Source of the DNA: Macrostomum lignano
Taxonomy: Eukaryota
Assembly (NCBI GenBank): GCA_002269645.1
Contig: NIVC01004183.1
Coordinates: 1 to 56,312 of the forward strand
Direction: 5' to 3'
DNA length: 56,312 bases
A program made the position numbers and the translations under genes. This document shows, in pieces, positions 1-12,543 of the stretch; positions within the stretch are counted from its first letter, which is position 1, and each line of letters opens with the position of its first letter. A model generated the notes under the pieces. It saw nothing but the letters and a program-made list of their open reading frames with translations, had not been told where the DNA came from and did no database searches.

Positions 1-415
1 CTCTTAATCTCATTCCATCATTTCCCTGAATCTCATTCCTTCATTTCTCTTAATCTCATTCCTTCATTTCCCTGAATCTCATTCCTTCATTTCCCTTAAT
101 CTCATTCCTTCATTTCCCTTAATCTCATTCGTTCATCTCCCTTAATCTCATTCCATCATTTCCCCGAATCTCATTCTTTTCCCTGAATCTCATTCCTTTC
201 CCCCTAAATCTCATTCCTTTTTTCCTGAATCTCAATCCTTAACTTTCCTGAATCTCAATCCTTCATTTCCCCGAATCTCATTCCTTTTTCCTGAATCTCA
301 ATCCTTAACTTTCCTGAATCTTATTCCTTTATTTCCCTGAATCTCATTCCTTAATGCTTAACTTTCCTGAATCTCATTCCCTGACTTCCCTGCAATCCCA
401 TATCTCATTCCCTGC
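1..415. repeat. Minisatellite, 22-24 bp unit (CTGAATCTCATTCCTTCATTTCCC-like), degenerate
   Basis: Directly visible tandem units running off the window start; abuts a minus-strand splice donor at 422. Confidence 0.9.
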
Positions 416-422
416 TACTCAC

Positions 423-585
423 AGGACAAAGGCTCGAACGGCTGCAGGAAGTCTTCATCATAAGCCAGATCCTGGGCCGTAGATTCGGCCATCTCGTGCG
501 GATAACTAACAGAGCGAGGCAGGGCTCCGCTGCTCACCGCCGGGTAGGCGCTCTCGCACAGCTGCACAAGCGTGGGAGATAAGCG
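423..585 (-). CDS. Candidate internal exon of an unidentified gene (RLSPTLVQLCESAYPAVSSGALPRSVSYPHEMAESTAQDLAYDEDFLQPFEPLS)
   Basis: GC-rich island between AT-rich DNA and a repeat; open frame; strong donor T|GTGAGT at 422; only a weak AAG acceptor at 586-588. No family recognised. Confidence 0.45.
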
Positions 586-1002
586 CTTTATATCATTTGG
601 TTTCGCATAATTAATTCAAGTTAAACAAATTAGACTAACTAGATCGGTTAAATGAAATTGCAATGAAAATTTAAGCACAGCTCTTTTAGAGATTTTAAAT
701 AATATCATTAAGCATGACTAATTAAAGTTAAATCAGTCAAATAATCGCTGAGTTCAATTCACAAAACGTTATTTATAAAGTGTGGTTAAACACTCACTTC
801 GTAAACTGATAACTTACTTTGAAAGCTTTAAGGTAACTTAAATTTACTAATTAAATCAGGACAGACTCTAAAATAAAGATAATACCAAAACAAGTCAATG
901 CAATCGTATAGTTCAGGGGTCGGCAAACTCCGGCCCGAAAAGCCTATCTATCTAGCCTTGGTCTCTGAAACTTTACAATAGCAATCCGGTCCGCTCAAGG
1001 CT

Positions 1003-1745
1003 TGTGTCTTCAGCTCTTTCTCTCTTCTCTCCTCTCTCCACTCTTCTCTACCTCTCCTCTCTCCCCTCTTCTCTACCTCTCCTCTCTCCCTCTTCTCTAC
1101 CTCTCCTCTCTCCCCTCTCTCTACCTCTCCTCTCTCCACTCTTCTCTACCTCTCCTCTCTCCACTCTTCTCTACCTCTCCTCTACCTCTCCTCTCTCCCC
1201 TCTTCTCTACCTCTCCTCTCTCCCCTCTTCTCTACCTCTCCTCTCTCCACTCTTCTCTACCTCTCCCTCTCCCCTCTCTCCACTCTTCTCTACCTCTCCC
1301 TCTCCCCTCTCTCCACTCTTCTCTACCTCTCCTCTCTCCACTCTTCTCTACCTCTCCTCTCTCCACTCTTCTCTACCTCTCCTCTTCTCTACCTCTCCTC
1401 TCTCCACTCTTCTCTACCTCTCCTCTCTCCACTCTTCTCTACCTCTCGTCTCTCCACTACCTCTCTCTCTCCACTCTTCTCTACCTTTCCTCTCTCCCTC
1501 TTCTCTACCTCTCCTCTCTCCACTCTTCTCTACCTCTCCTCTCTCCACTCTTCTCTACCTCTCCTGTCTCCACTCTTCTCTACCTCTCGTCTCTCCACTC
1601 TTCTCTCCCTCTTCTCTACCTTTTTTCTCCTCCTTCTCTACCTCTCCTCTCTCCTCTCTCTCGTCTTATCTTATCTTATCTCTTCTCTCATCCCATCTCT
1701 CGCCTCGCCTTGCCTCTCCTTTCTCACTCTATTCCCTTTTTTCCA
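1003..1745. repeat. Polypyrimidine (CT-rich) low-complexity array, ~23-bp unit CTCTCCACTCTTCTCTACCTCTC
   Basis: Almost pure C/T on the plus strand; the overlapping Leu/Ser/Pro ORFs are artefacts. Confidence 0.92.
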
Positions 1746-1861
1746 CTCCCAGCTGGTCCAAGGTATAGAGATAAACAAACAATAGAAAATTTATTCAATA
1801 AACAATGACCTGCACTAAATCTATGATTCGAATGGCAACATTTGCCAATAGCAACTCACCC

Positions 1862-4800
1862 GTCCAATCAGCAGCATATTTTTATCCATTGTGCATTGAT
1901 TTTGTTAGAAAGACAGCCAGTAGCTACTCAACCATTGCAACTCATGAAAAAATTAACAAGTCAAAAATTAACTGTAATTTGTTTATTTTGTAATTGTTTT
2001 ATTTTGTATGAGTCAATTAAAGAATTCTTTACTAAAAATTAGGCCAAAAAACTAATAATTGTAGTTATCATATTAGTATACGGAATTTATTGTTATTATC
2101 CCTACTGATTTCATCTTACCAAGAGTCTTATCAACCAGTTTGTATTAGAGTAATATACTTCCTTAGTCACAGTTTAAAAAACTAAATGATTTGGTTGCCT
2201 TAGTTCTAAATCACTAAATATAATTAGAAATATATAAGATCTAAGCTAAGATTCATTCTGCTTGTAGCACCTGCCTTTATCATATATAATATATTGTGCC
2301 TCTTCCCCTAAAGTATGGGGTATTAAGTGTTAGGTCTAGCCTACAATGTTATGAAATGAGTGCTAGAAGGATCAAAGTTATTTTTAGACTTTTATGGTTT
2401 ATGGATATTTGAGCCAACTTAAAAATAAGAATACATACAAATATGCAAATATATAAAAGTTAGGCTTAACATAATTATACTCAGTTTCTTTTTTACTTAT
2501 TGAGTAATTACTTAATAAGTTTTTATATAGTTATAACTTGAACATTTCTTATTTAAGTATTTTTAACATGTTTACCTGCTTCTTTTTAATGCCTAAAATA
2601 GAAGTTAGAATCAAATGCACTAAATAATAAAATAACCTAGTTTATTTAATGTTTTATAACAATTTACTTTAGCCAATTAAAGTAGCTTTCATTTTGTTAA
2701 ACCAATATATTTGTTCTTTAATTTTAGTCTTTAGCTTAATTGAAATTTAGTAAGCTTTACACAAAGACCATTCAAAGCAATGTATAAAGAATGTTCAGTA
2801 AAAAAAGTAATAAAGTCTTTATGATTATAGTTTAATAATAAAAATATAAATGCAATAATCCAAATATATACAAAAACATATAAATTAGCTTTTATTTGTA
2901 TTTTTACCTATGGGCTTATTAGGACTTCTTAATATACATTCATGCTTTATAAGTATATCAATCATAAAAATAAAAAATATTTACATTTTCATAGTTTGGA
3001 ATAGTCAGTAAGTACCCTGGAAAAAATGATTACATTTTTAATGTATACCAATATATGCCAAATATAGGCCCCTATTATCTTATACAAAGCTTCAAATCAT
3101 CAATTTTGTAATAGTACTAATGATTTTGATATTTCATTTCAATTAAAAAAGTTCAAAACAATAAACAATAAACACTGTTGGACACCTGTCTATTAATAAG
3201 CATCAATCCATTATTAAGTGTTAATTTTAAGTATTTCAAGCATTAAGATTTCTTATTAATGTTAATAGACTACCATTAAGATTTTTTTGCACTAAGGGAT
3301 TAATGAATTTGCAATAATAATTTTGTGAGTTAATGACACATTCATTGTTAACATTAATGACAGTGTCAATGACCAAAGATACAAAGAACAAGAATATATG
3401 TCTGATAAGTGAAAACATTACAAATTAACAGATTAATACTTATTAATAATTATCAGTTAACTTTCAATTAACTTAACAAAATTAAGAGTTAATAAGTTAA
3501 GATTCTTTTGTTTTTACATTAAATGCTTTTGCCATTAATGGAAAATAAGATTTTCATTAATAGTTCCCAACACTGACAATAATTATATTTGTATACAGTT
3601 TTGATAATCTTCTCGAATCCTTCACTAAACTATTTTTTCAATGTTTTTTTATATTTTTTCCACTTGAAAAGCTGATTTTAGCATGTTTGGATATCTTCTA
3701 AGCTATTAAAACAGTAAAATTAAGAACTTTGTTTTTTGCAATTTTTCTAATTCTAGCAATACTTAATGATTCCTAGCAATTCATAGTTTTGAAGTTTCTT
3801 ATTTTAGATTGGTACAAAAGTGCAAGAAACAATAAAACAATTTATCAGAAACAATGAAACAATAAGTGTCAAGACTCTTGTCAAAACTCAAATAATGGGC
3901 AATCCAATATATTATGTGGCCAAAAACATTGATGGGATAATGTGCTAATTCTTAAGAAGTCAATAGGTTGCTAGCCATTTGCTGGGTGTCCCATGTCAGC
4001 CTAGCCAACTTTGCCACCATTGACATGTTTCTTTCCTTAGTCAGCTTGATAGTAATATGTAGCGAGTTTGGATTTACAGTAAATGATAGTTCTGCAAGGT
4101 AGCCTACTAGCATGGTGATGATCAACTTAATGGTTAATAGTCTTAATAAGAACCTAGTAGCAAGAACATAAGTCTAAATGTATTTCTCCTCTCTCTAACT
4201 CATCCCTTTGGGCTTTGGACCATAGACACTCCCAAGCATTAATGCTATATTAGACAATGTGATTGCCACATTTTTGCACTAATCTAAAAGCACAAAAACT
4301 TTAAAACTTCTAATTGTTTAAGAATTATTAGGAATTGTAAAAATGAAAAGTGCTAAAAACAAAGTTATTAATTTTACATTGAAAAAATAGTTCAATGTTC
4401 AATTTGAAAAGAATGCAATAGTTTTATATAAAATATAAACAATATAAAACAAAAACAAAATTTGAGCATTTTTGTTAAAATTTCTAATCCTTAGGCAATA
4501 TAATTCTTTTTTATTTAAAATTTGATATATAAAGTTTAGAGATTTGTCTTAGGCTAGTTTTTAAGTAAGTCATAATAAAACTAACTTGTATTTTCATTTA
4601 AAAATAACTCACTTTTTCATGTTTTCTATATTTTGAGCATAAAATTTATTTATAGGGGGCCTATCAATATACAAATTACAATTATTATAAACTAAAGGTT
4701 AAAATAATTATAAATATTTCAATTGCCACTATGCAAAGCTAAATTAAAAAATAATAATAAACACATTTTAAACAATAACTATATAGTCTAGATTTAGGGT

Positions 4801-5152
4801 GGCACCCTGCCATTAAGTTTCATTTTTTTTATTTTTGTTATATAAATAAATTAATCAAAAGCAAAACACATTAAGCCAAGTAATCTATGCACTAGTATAC
4901 CCCATTAAAACATTTCTGGATCTACCTACAACACAACTATGCTTGATTGTGGTTTGTAAACTATCTAGTACAGGAAGCTTTTAGCTATGCCTCACTCACT
5001 CACATCACACTGACTGGTTTGCTGATAGTGATACTCTATTCTGGTCTTTCAAGCCAAGGTCAAGAAGTAGAAAGGTACATTTTTGAAGTCACTGATTAAA
5101 TATGCAGGCCTAGGCTAGGTCTATACATCTATTGAAACTTAAAATTCCCTTT
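1862..5152. other. AT-rich, extremely CpG-depleted block (probable ancient mutated repeat/transposon relic)
   Basis: Only about three CpG seen by eye (2081, 3614, 4063) in ~3.3 kb; no decodable ORF. Confidence 0.55.
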
Positions 5153-5543
5153 CGCCGAAAATTCCTTCGCCGAAATGGGCTGCACTCATTCTAATATGCA
5201 CAGCAAATAAATAAATGCATAGCATAGTTAGTATGTATATTTAGTATATTTAGAAATGCCTTCTCAATGACAGTAAATGACAGTCTCAATCTCAACGCCT
5301 CGAATTCGTCTTAGCATAGCATCTTAGCATTTGTGGTGATTTTATCCATAGGCCTGCCTACCTACTTGTTTCGAGCAATAGTTTTTATTTCCAACTTTGA
5401 TGTGAAAGTTAAATTGTTAAACAAACGAACAGACGGTTAAAACAAAACCACATACAAAGCTGATGCTTTTATTAACTTCATATTTCTTTCATGTTTAAAA
5501 CTGCGCGTACTAAATATATGTTTGTAAATATCATCAACAAATA

Positions 5544-5898
5544 AGGGGGGGCCGTAGCCCAGCGGTAGCGCAGCTGCTCTGGTGTGCCAGCGACCCAGGC
5601 TCGATTCCAAGTGCAGTCACATTATTTTGGGGCTGAATTGGAATCTCGGCTTGGCTCTGCTCGTGCAATTAACGGCCTTGAGAGCCAACCCCCAAGGCGC
5701 AGTGAAGTGTACATGCCTAACGATAATATAAAGTTAGGGCCGCTTTACACTCCTGTGTGAGTGTGTGCCTGCGTACGTATCCGCGCGCTTGTATGCCTGC
5801 TCAGCTTGTATGCCGCAGTAATGCCTCTCGCCGGTTGTGTGCCTATGTCGCTTAAAGTGCGCCAGGGTGCACACAACCCCCTGCCTCTAATAAAAAAA
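5544..5898 (+). mobile_element. tRNA-derived SINE, full length, with 14-bp TSD
   Basis: A-box-like GTAGCCCAGCGGTAG and B-box-like GGCTCGATTCC head, A-rich tail, and flanking direct repeat ATCATCAACAAATA at 5530-5543 and 5899-5912. Confidence 0.85.
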
Positions 5899-6284
5899 AT
5901 CATCAACAAATAGCCACAATATATGAAGAGATCAAAGTATGCAAGCCCTTTCTTAGATATATTTGTCTTTGCCAGGAAGACCACGGAACACTGTATGAAC
6001 AGTATTAAGAAAAGCTTTATGAGTCAAAACTAATGGTAACCAGTTCAGATAACCATGCAGATCCAAGCGATGTCTAAGAAGACGGAAAGTTTTTACTTTC
6101 ACACCGATACATGTATGTAAAATATACATTCATGTAGTAGTTTCATTGTGTTTGCAACGTAAAATGATGAAAATGAGCTAGTCAGTAACTGCGCATAAGA
6201 ATAAAAAATGAAACTATCAATAGCGTTATGGGCTGGCTCATTTGCTTACCATCTAGAGCCACTCATCGATTATCATTTCACAAA

Positions 6285-9257
6285 TCAATTGTCTTTCTGG
6301 ACCTTATTTTTGGACTGATCGCGACTTTCATACCACAATGAGATTTGTACGCTGCAGTAGGATAGGGTTAATGTCAAAAAAAGATGCCACCAGGGTCCTG
6401 CAATGTGTTTATTAAGTTTATAGTTTCGATTAGGTAGGCTATTTTCATCTGTAAAGAAAGGCTTATTGCAATATACATGCACATGGATGTACGAAATGTA
6501 GCCTTACTATAAAAAAGAAGCGGTTTGAAGATTTCAACAACGAGCCACAAAGCGTCCAGAGTATTCATGAGAAAAACAAAGATGAAACAAGACGTGAGGA
6601 TCAGATTGCAGCCAATAATGTACGCAACCAAGCGCTGGTGGTTTTTTGGACTCAGGATCAGGCTCTGAAATATTTAAAGGTACGAGTGTTTCCCTAATCA
6701 TTACAGAATTAAGCATGCTCTCACAATGGACTTAAGTCCAGTCCTGAACTAGCCCAGAATCAAATCATTTCGAGTTCATTCTGTATCATCATTATGGGGT
6801 CAATCACTCGGAGCTCACTCTGGGTCAGTCACTCGGAGCTCACTCTGGGTCACTCACTCGGAGCTCACTCTGGGTCAGTCACTCGGAGCTCACTCTAGAT
6901 CAGTCACTCGGAGCTCACTCTGGGTCAGTCACTCAGAGTTCACTCTGGGTCAGTCACTCAGAGCTCACTCTGGGGTCAGTCACTCGGAGCTCACTCTAGA
7001 TCAGTCACTCGGAGCTCACTCTGGGTCAGTCACTCTGATCCCCAGACTCACCAGCCACGTCTTCAACTTCCTCTCATAGAAAGCGCAGGCCAGGGTCTCC
7101 AGAAGCAGCTGCAGGGCGTTCAGCGCAGCCCAGATGCGGACGCTGGTTGAGTCGCCGTGGTAGATGGAGACAAAGGCGAAGCTGGCAGCCACAGCAGCTA
7201 CCTGTCTCACAATGCCGTGCCGACTGCCTCCCATGGGGATGTAGATGTGGCTGTACATGAAGGAGGCCAGCCCCCTGTCGAACACGCGCCACATCTGCCT
7301 GTAAGTATAGACCCGGCTGATGCAGTCGGGCCAGTGCGGCAGCTCGACTCCGTCAATGCTGGACACGAGACCCGGCCAGCCGTACAGCTGCACGTAGACC
7401 AGCATGAAGTTCTGGCCATGCAGGTACATTGAGAACACGAGCCGCTTGTAGGGCACGGACTCGTAAGACCGAATGCTCTCCAGAAACGCTCCAACAGGTA
7501 GGAAATGATGCAGCACCTGAAGCAGCAGCATCCACACCAACAGGCGAGTCGCTCGCCACGCCAGCAGTAGCAGCAGGTTCGGCTTCCACACCAGCCTGTC
7601 GGGTCTCTCAGCCTCCCGACAGAAGTCAGCAAAGGTGAGGATCGGGCCGGAAAAGTGCCAGGGCAGGTAAAATCCGTAAGCCAGAGCTCGGGGAAGGTGC
7701 AGTCTAAGGAACTGGAGCAGGCTCAGCTGCTGTGCCTCATCTGCAGGTTGGCGTCTCTGGTCCCGCAGCATTTGGTTGAGGCTGAGTCCAGCGGAGATGC
7801 AGCGGCAGTACAGGTAGCCAGAGATTGGGTAGAACAGGTGAGAGTAATCACCTTCGAGATCCAGGACTTGAAAGAGCGCGCTGCTGTAATCCGAGTTTTG
7901 CAGCATCATTGCCGACAGAATGAACAGCCAGACACCAAACTGGGAGAAATATCCCATGCAAACAGCACCGCAGTGCAACACCAGAAAGTACATCGTTGCT
8001 TTGTAACCAAGAATAGCCGTTGTCACAGCCAAGGTGAAACTCGTAGTAGCCAGGTAGTGCACCTGATGAGGAATAGGGAACTTGGCAGGTTCTCAGCTGC
8101 TCTTGCAGGATATGGCATTTCGATTGAGCACTCTGTCACTGTCACTCCTCTCCTGACTGATCACTCTGTCTCTGTCACTGCTCTCCTGACTGATCACTCT
8201 GTCACTGTCACTCCTATCCTAACTGATCACTCTGTTACGGTCTCTCCTATCTTGTCATTAGAAATCGATTCCGCCATCATTAAATATTGACTTACCCATC
8301 TCGGAGCCAAACGAATCGTGACCTGACTGACCAACAAGAAGCCGACGCTAGCAAAGATTAAGAATTTGTAGCCGTCTTTCAGATCCGATTCCAACGAAAA
8401 GGAGCGCTCCTGCGGATTAAGATTGGGCCACCGGCGAGGCTGAACGAGCTAATAACATTTTATTGCCTGCGGTGTATCTATGCGAGACAAAGACTACATC
8501 TAAGCAACTCCTTTAAACACATTGAACTTGTAGTTTTTTCAGAGATAGTTACCATGCAGAGACTACAACACTAAAGATCAAGTTAAGAAATTAATCCATT
8601 CTCTCGGATCCTTCTTACCATCCACTTGGATAGCCAGCCATTCGTTAGCGTCATAGGGTGCAACTCTGCAAGCGAATGCGAAACAATTAAAGAATTATAC
8701 TGTTCTATAATGATAGCGTACGAGCTAGATAGAAAGGTTTTACGAGCGACATATGATTGATAGAGTTCTGATAAGGAATAACGAAGTACACTGTTACTAA
8801 TAGAAGTAATAGAAGTACACTACTATTGGCAAGCAGTCCGGCCCACTTCGCTGATCCCTGAGCACTCACACGGATACGTGCGCAGGCACACGCTCATACA
8901 GGGTGTACAGCAGCACAGACTTTCTCTTGGACGGAAGTCACACGACAAGATTCTCGAACGATATTTATACCTGGCCAACATGTACCTATACACCTGATTG
9001 CCACCAGAGTGAATTTATCATATCGAACCTTTCTTTGGCGACCTGCCAATGTTTAGATAGAAGTCGCCAGCCGCGTAGCCGAATGCGGCAGCGAACACGG
9101 AGGCGTACAGCAGGGTTTCCCGAGGCCCAGCGCTGGGGGGAACGGAAGTTGACACCGAGGCGGCGGCTGAGCGTTTGATCGGTTCGGCTTCCTTGCCTTG
9201 AAGGTCTCCGCTTGTCTGCACCGAGTTTGCAGTTGACGAAGTGGAAGCCATCGTCAT
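6285..9257 (-). CDS. hhat: Hedgehog acyltransferase-like MBOAT protein, copy A (~556 aa, 6 exons)
   Basis: Exons 9257-9029, 8665-8619, 8409-8296, 8062-7052, 6664-6508, 6397-6285; all GT-AG with consistent phases and no stops (1671 nt). HHAT motifs present: YGFYLPWHFSGPILTF, WRVFDRGL (Asp), YIPMGGS, FVSIYHG (catalytic His), WAALN, C-terminal PWW. Confidence 0.9.
6797..7036. repeat. Minisatellite, 25-bp unit CACTCGGAGCTCACTCTGGGTCAGT, in HHAT-A intron 4
   Basis: About 9 visible tandem copies beginning ~15 nt from the minus-strand donor at 7051. Confidence 0.9.
8825..8935 (-). mobile_element. Fragment of the SINE family seen at 5544 and 11865
   Basis: Reverse complement contains GCTGCTGTACACCCTGTATGAGCGTGTGCCTGCGCACGTATCC, matching the central domain of those copies. 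Confidence 0.6.
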
Positions 9258-9909
9258 GGATGTTCGATCTTATCTGGTAGGACAAGGCTGAACGTTCTTT
9301 TAAGCTAAGCTTTTCTTCTCTGACTTAAGTAAAACATGCTGTTTGTTTTGCAGCCTTGCAGGGGTTGAACAGAGCACTGTAGATTTTGAAAAGTACAAGT
9401 TCGACCATAGACATTCATGCGAGTGTACCGCATTGGTGAAGAAGGAATAAAATGGACGTGTAATATGGAGATGGAAAACAAAAGCTGCCACTTCAATAAG
9501 ATAAGATAAGATAATAATATTGATATAATTAGATAGTCGTTTAACGGAGAAGATTTTAATGAAAAATTAAAAATCAGTTTCATGAAGAAAATTTGATGTC
9601 TGCAAAGATTGTAGTCATTTTTGTGATATGTCAGAGATAAAGTTTGGGGGGGGGGGTTGCGTACGCACATTCAAGCTATCATGATTTATCCACATAAACT
9701 GACAATTAATCGTATCATTTCCATTCTTCTCTGTGTAATTTGCGTTTGGTGTGGCCCCCAATTGGGCCGTTTTACTTTGTGCTTGTTGTGTGCGTATTTA
9801 GAACGGTTCGTACAGTATAATAGGTTCACGATCGATAATTTAGGCCTCTAAATTATACTTCTCTAAACTAAAGGCCTCTAAACTAAACTAAACTTCGTGC
9901 GTGGCGCAA

Positions 9910-10355
9910 GAGAAGAGAAGAGTAAAAAGAGAAGAGAGGAGAGATGATAGAAAAGAGAGTAGACATGAGAGAGGGGAGATTAGAGATGACAGGTGGAAGA
10001 GAAGAGAGGAGTGAGGCGGGAATGAAGAGGGAGAGAGAAGAGAAGAAGAAAGAGAATAGAGTAGAGTAGAGGGAAGAAACGAGAGAGCAGGAGAGAGGTG
10101 AGGAGATGGGAGAGAGGAGGGATAAAAGAGTACAGATCGAGGAAATAGAGGAGAAAGAGGAGAGAGGAGAGAATATAGACGAAAGAGAAGAGAGAAGAAA
10201 TAGAAGAGAGAGAGGGAGAGAGACGAGAGATGAAAGATCAGAGAGATGAGAGAGGTAAGAGAGTAGAGAGAGGAGAAAGTAGTGAGGAGAAAGAATAGGA
10301 TAAAGATGAGAGCGCAGAGAGGAGAGATGAGAGATGAGAGACTAGAGATGAGAGA
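9910..10355. repeat. Polypurine (GA-rich) low-complexity tract
   Basis: Directly visible GA-rich sequence. Confidence 0.9.
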
Positions 10356-10767
10356 GCAGACAGGAGAGGCTGGGTCTGGAGTCTGGATAATGGCAGCAGT
10401 CAGTTTCTGCAAACAGGGAAAGCAAGATATGGTGTTTGAAAGGTTTTGTAGAGGATTTGGAGACGATTTGGAAGATGAGATTCAAGACATGGGATTTCCG
10501 CTGATGGATTACAGGGAATGGAATTCTGGCGATGGGATTGCTTCCCCTTTCTCCTCCGGAGGAGGAATTCCACTCGTTTAGTAATAGCGTCAGCGGCCTG
10601 CAGCTAAAGAGGGCTGCAAAGTCAAAGGACAATTCAATGCAGCACAGCGCTTCAAACGATTATATTAATTGCAGTTTGCTTCAAATTTGCTCAACACAGC
10701 AGTTCAAACTCTAAAAAATATGCAATACACAGACCGAAACACAACTATCCAGATGATGTCTGTTGCT

Positions 10768-10860
10768 TTGGGCAGAGCAGCTCCTCGGCGGTAAACGCGT
10801 CCGACTCTCAAACCACGATCCCGGGTTCGATTCCCGGCAGCCACATTCATTTAGGGCTTG
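10768..10860 (+). mobile_element. tRNA-like SINE head
   Basis: B-box GGGTTCGATTCCC and degenerate A-box; head-body junction GCAGCCACATT resembles GCAGTCACATT of the 5544 SINE. Confidence 0.6.
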
Positions 10861-10992
10861 TGCACGAATATTGGCCAGGTGGGCTTCGATCCCTTCTTGT
10901 TCTCTTTTCTTGAATATTGTCGCTGTTTTCCTTGGAGGTCTGTTGTCAAATTAACAAACCAAATCCATTCACCCCATCACAACCTGCACACG

Positions 10993-11192
10993 CAGTTGAG
11001 GATCTCTACCCTGATGAGAGACAGAGGCCCTCCGAGGCTGAGGTAGAGGGTGCGATTCGAGACCTACTGAAGCACGCTTCAGAGAGAGAAGCCGCCGAGG
11101 TGAAGCGCCGCCGAACAGTAGGACCTCCGGCTGGGCACCAACAGCCAGATGCGGCTCGGCATCAGCAGGCAACGGCGTCGAAGAATAATTAA
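10993..11192 (+). CDS. Candidate terminal exon resembling the C-terminal end of DUF4806/BEN-like domains
   Basis: Acceptor CGCAG| then ..EDLYPDERQRPSEAEVEGAIRDLLKHASERE..KRRR..stop; EVE..I..LLKHA.ER recalls DUF4806 ends. Recalled similarity only; upstream exons not found. Confidence 0.3.
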
Positions 11193-11864
11193 TTCCAGTA
11201 GCGACGATGATTAGAAGACTGACAGATTTTAAAAACCATGCTTTTGCTTCGTTTCTCGCTAGTTTTTACATGTATTTCTGCTTAGTAACGACTTGTTGGG
11301 CGACAGGTTTAAATTTTACTGTAGCTGTAGTGTATTTCGAGTAAGTTTAGTAACTATTTCAATAACTTTTAATCTGCGTTTTATTCTTATTTCCGATCAT
11401 TAAAAATTTTGCTATTTTCCTTTCCTGGTAATAAGTACGTTTGCTCGTAAACATTTATACTCAGTATACTGTATATACCGTAAAATATTTTCTGTTGGCC
11501 AGAAGTGGTTAACCTTTGCAGCAAATAATTGAAATAAAAATAAATAAGTAAATTTCAGCAACCAACCCTAAACACCGTACTAGGGTAGAAAATATTTCTA
11601 GACATCAATTTCCCGAGTCATTTTCTAATTGGACCTATAAATCCTGAATGCAAATGTGCGGTATTGTATAGAAACAAAAAAGTTTCATTTTCTACTAATA
11701 GTAGAATAGAAGACAAATTTCCCAGTACTAAAATAGTCCCGCGTCAGTAGCAAACGGACGTCATTTCGACTATAAAACTTTGTACATAATGCGTACCAGA
11801 GGACTCTGATTTCAGGACGTCATTCGGACCATTTTTTGACACCGGGGATCATGCGATTCACAGC

Positions 11865-12120
11865 CATGAGTGCTAAACCCCAAGGCGCAGAGAGTGTACA
11901 TGATTGACGATCAGGAAAGTCAGGGCTGCTGTACACCCTGTGTGAGCGTGTGTGTGAGTGCGTGCCTGCGTACAGTATTGGTGCGCTTGTCTGTGCTCAG
12001 GACTCAGCGAATGAGCAGGATTGCCGTCAGCACTGGCTGTGGGACCATGTTGCCGAGGGCATTGCGCCAGGTCGCCCCACAGCTCTTCTGCCATTGTTAT
12101 CATTATTTATTTATATTTAC
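11865..12120 (+). mobile_element. 5'-truncated SINE-like element sharing a central domain with the 5544 SINE
   Basis: CCCCAAGGCGCAG..GTGTACATG..AAAGTCAGGGCTGCTGTACACCCTGTGTGAG..TGCCTGCGTAC aligns to 5690-5780; the 3' end differs and ends in an AT-rich tail. Confidence 0.65.
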
Positions 12121-12543
12121 CCTTCACTCAGCTTATATATAAAAGAGAACGGATGACTCAAATTCACTAAAGTTTAATTGGGAGAGCTGTTTGTATGTCG
12201 ATCAGATTTTTATTCAATATATTGTTAGACTTCAGTGACTATATATATTCATTAATGTTTGCTTATGCTGCAGTCTATCCATGAGACGCATTAAGTTAAG
12301 TTCAGATTAGAACTCATACAGTAAGCTTCAGGATTATTTATTCAAATCAAAGCAGGAAAAGCACTTGGGGAAATTACAGTCACATTGCTAATCCGGATAA
12401 TCAACATATTGGTTCAGGTTGATGGGGAATAGTAGTTAACTAAGTAAATAAAATATTAATCAATATTTAGCAGTCATGTCTCATACGGATCTGTGAATGA
12501 ATTATTGATATATGAATTTGAATATGTTTCCAGGTGTTTCAGA

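Noticed and set aside
914-1000. CAGGGGTCGGCAAACT..CGGCCCG resembling a hAT/Charlie left terminus
   Set aside because: No matching right TIR or TSD found in the window; too little to call an element.
1002-1808. Long Leu/Ser/Pro ORFs here and at 9888-10412 and 39057-40016
   Set aside because: Stop-free only because CT/GA-rich low-complexity DNA lacks stop codons; no coding signature.
5140-5187. TTCGCCGAAA repeats ending in GGGCTGCACTC, like a Mutator-type TIR at the edge of the CpG-void block
   Set aside because: No partner end identified; noted only as a possible boundary.
5545-5617. tRNA genes at 5545, 10770 and 56212
   Set aside because: The cloverleafs are degenerate and are followed by SINE bodies, tails or TSDs; they are SINE heads.
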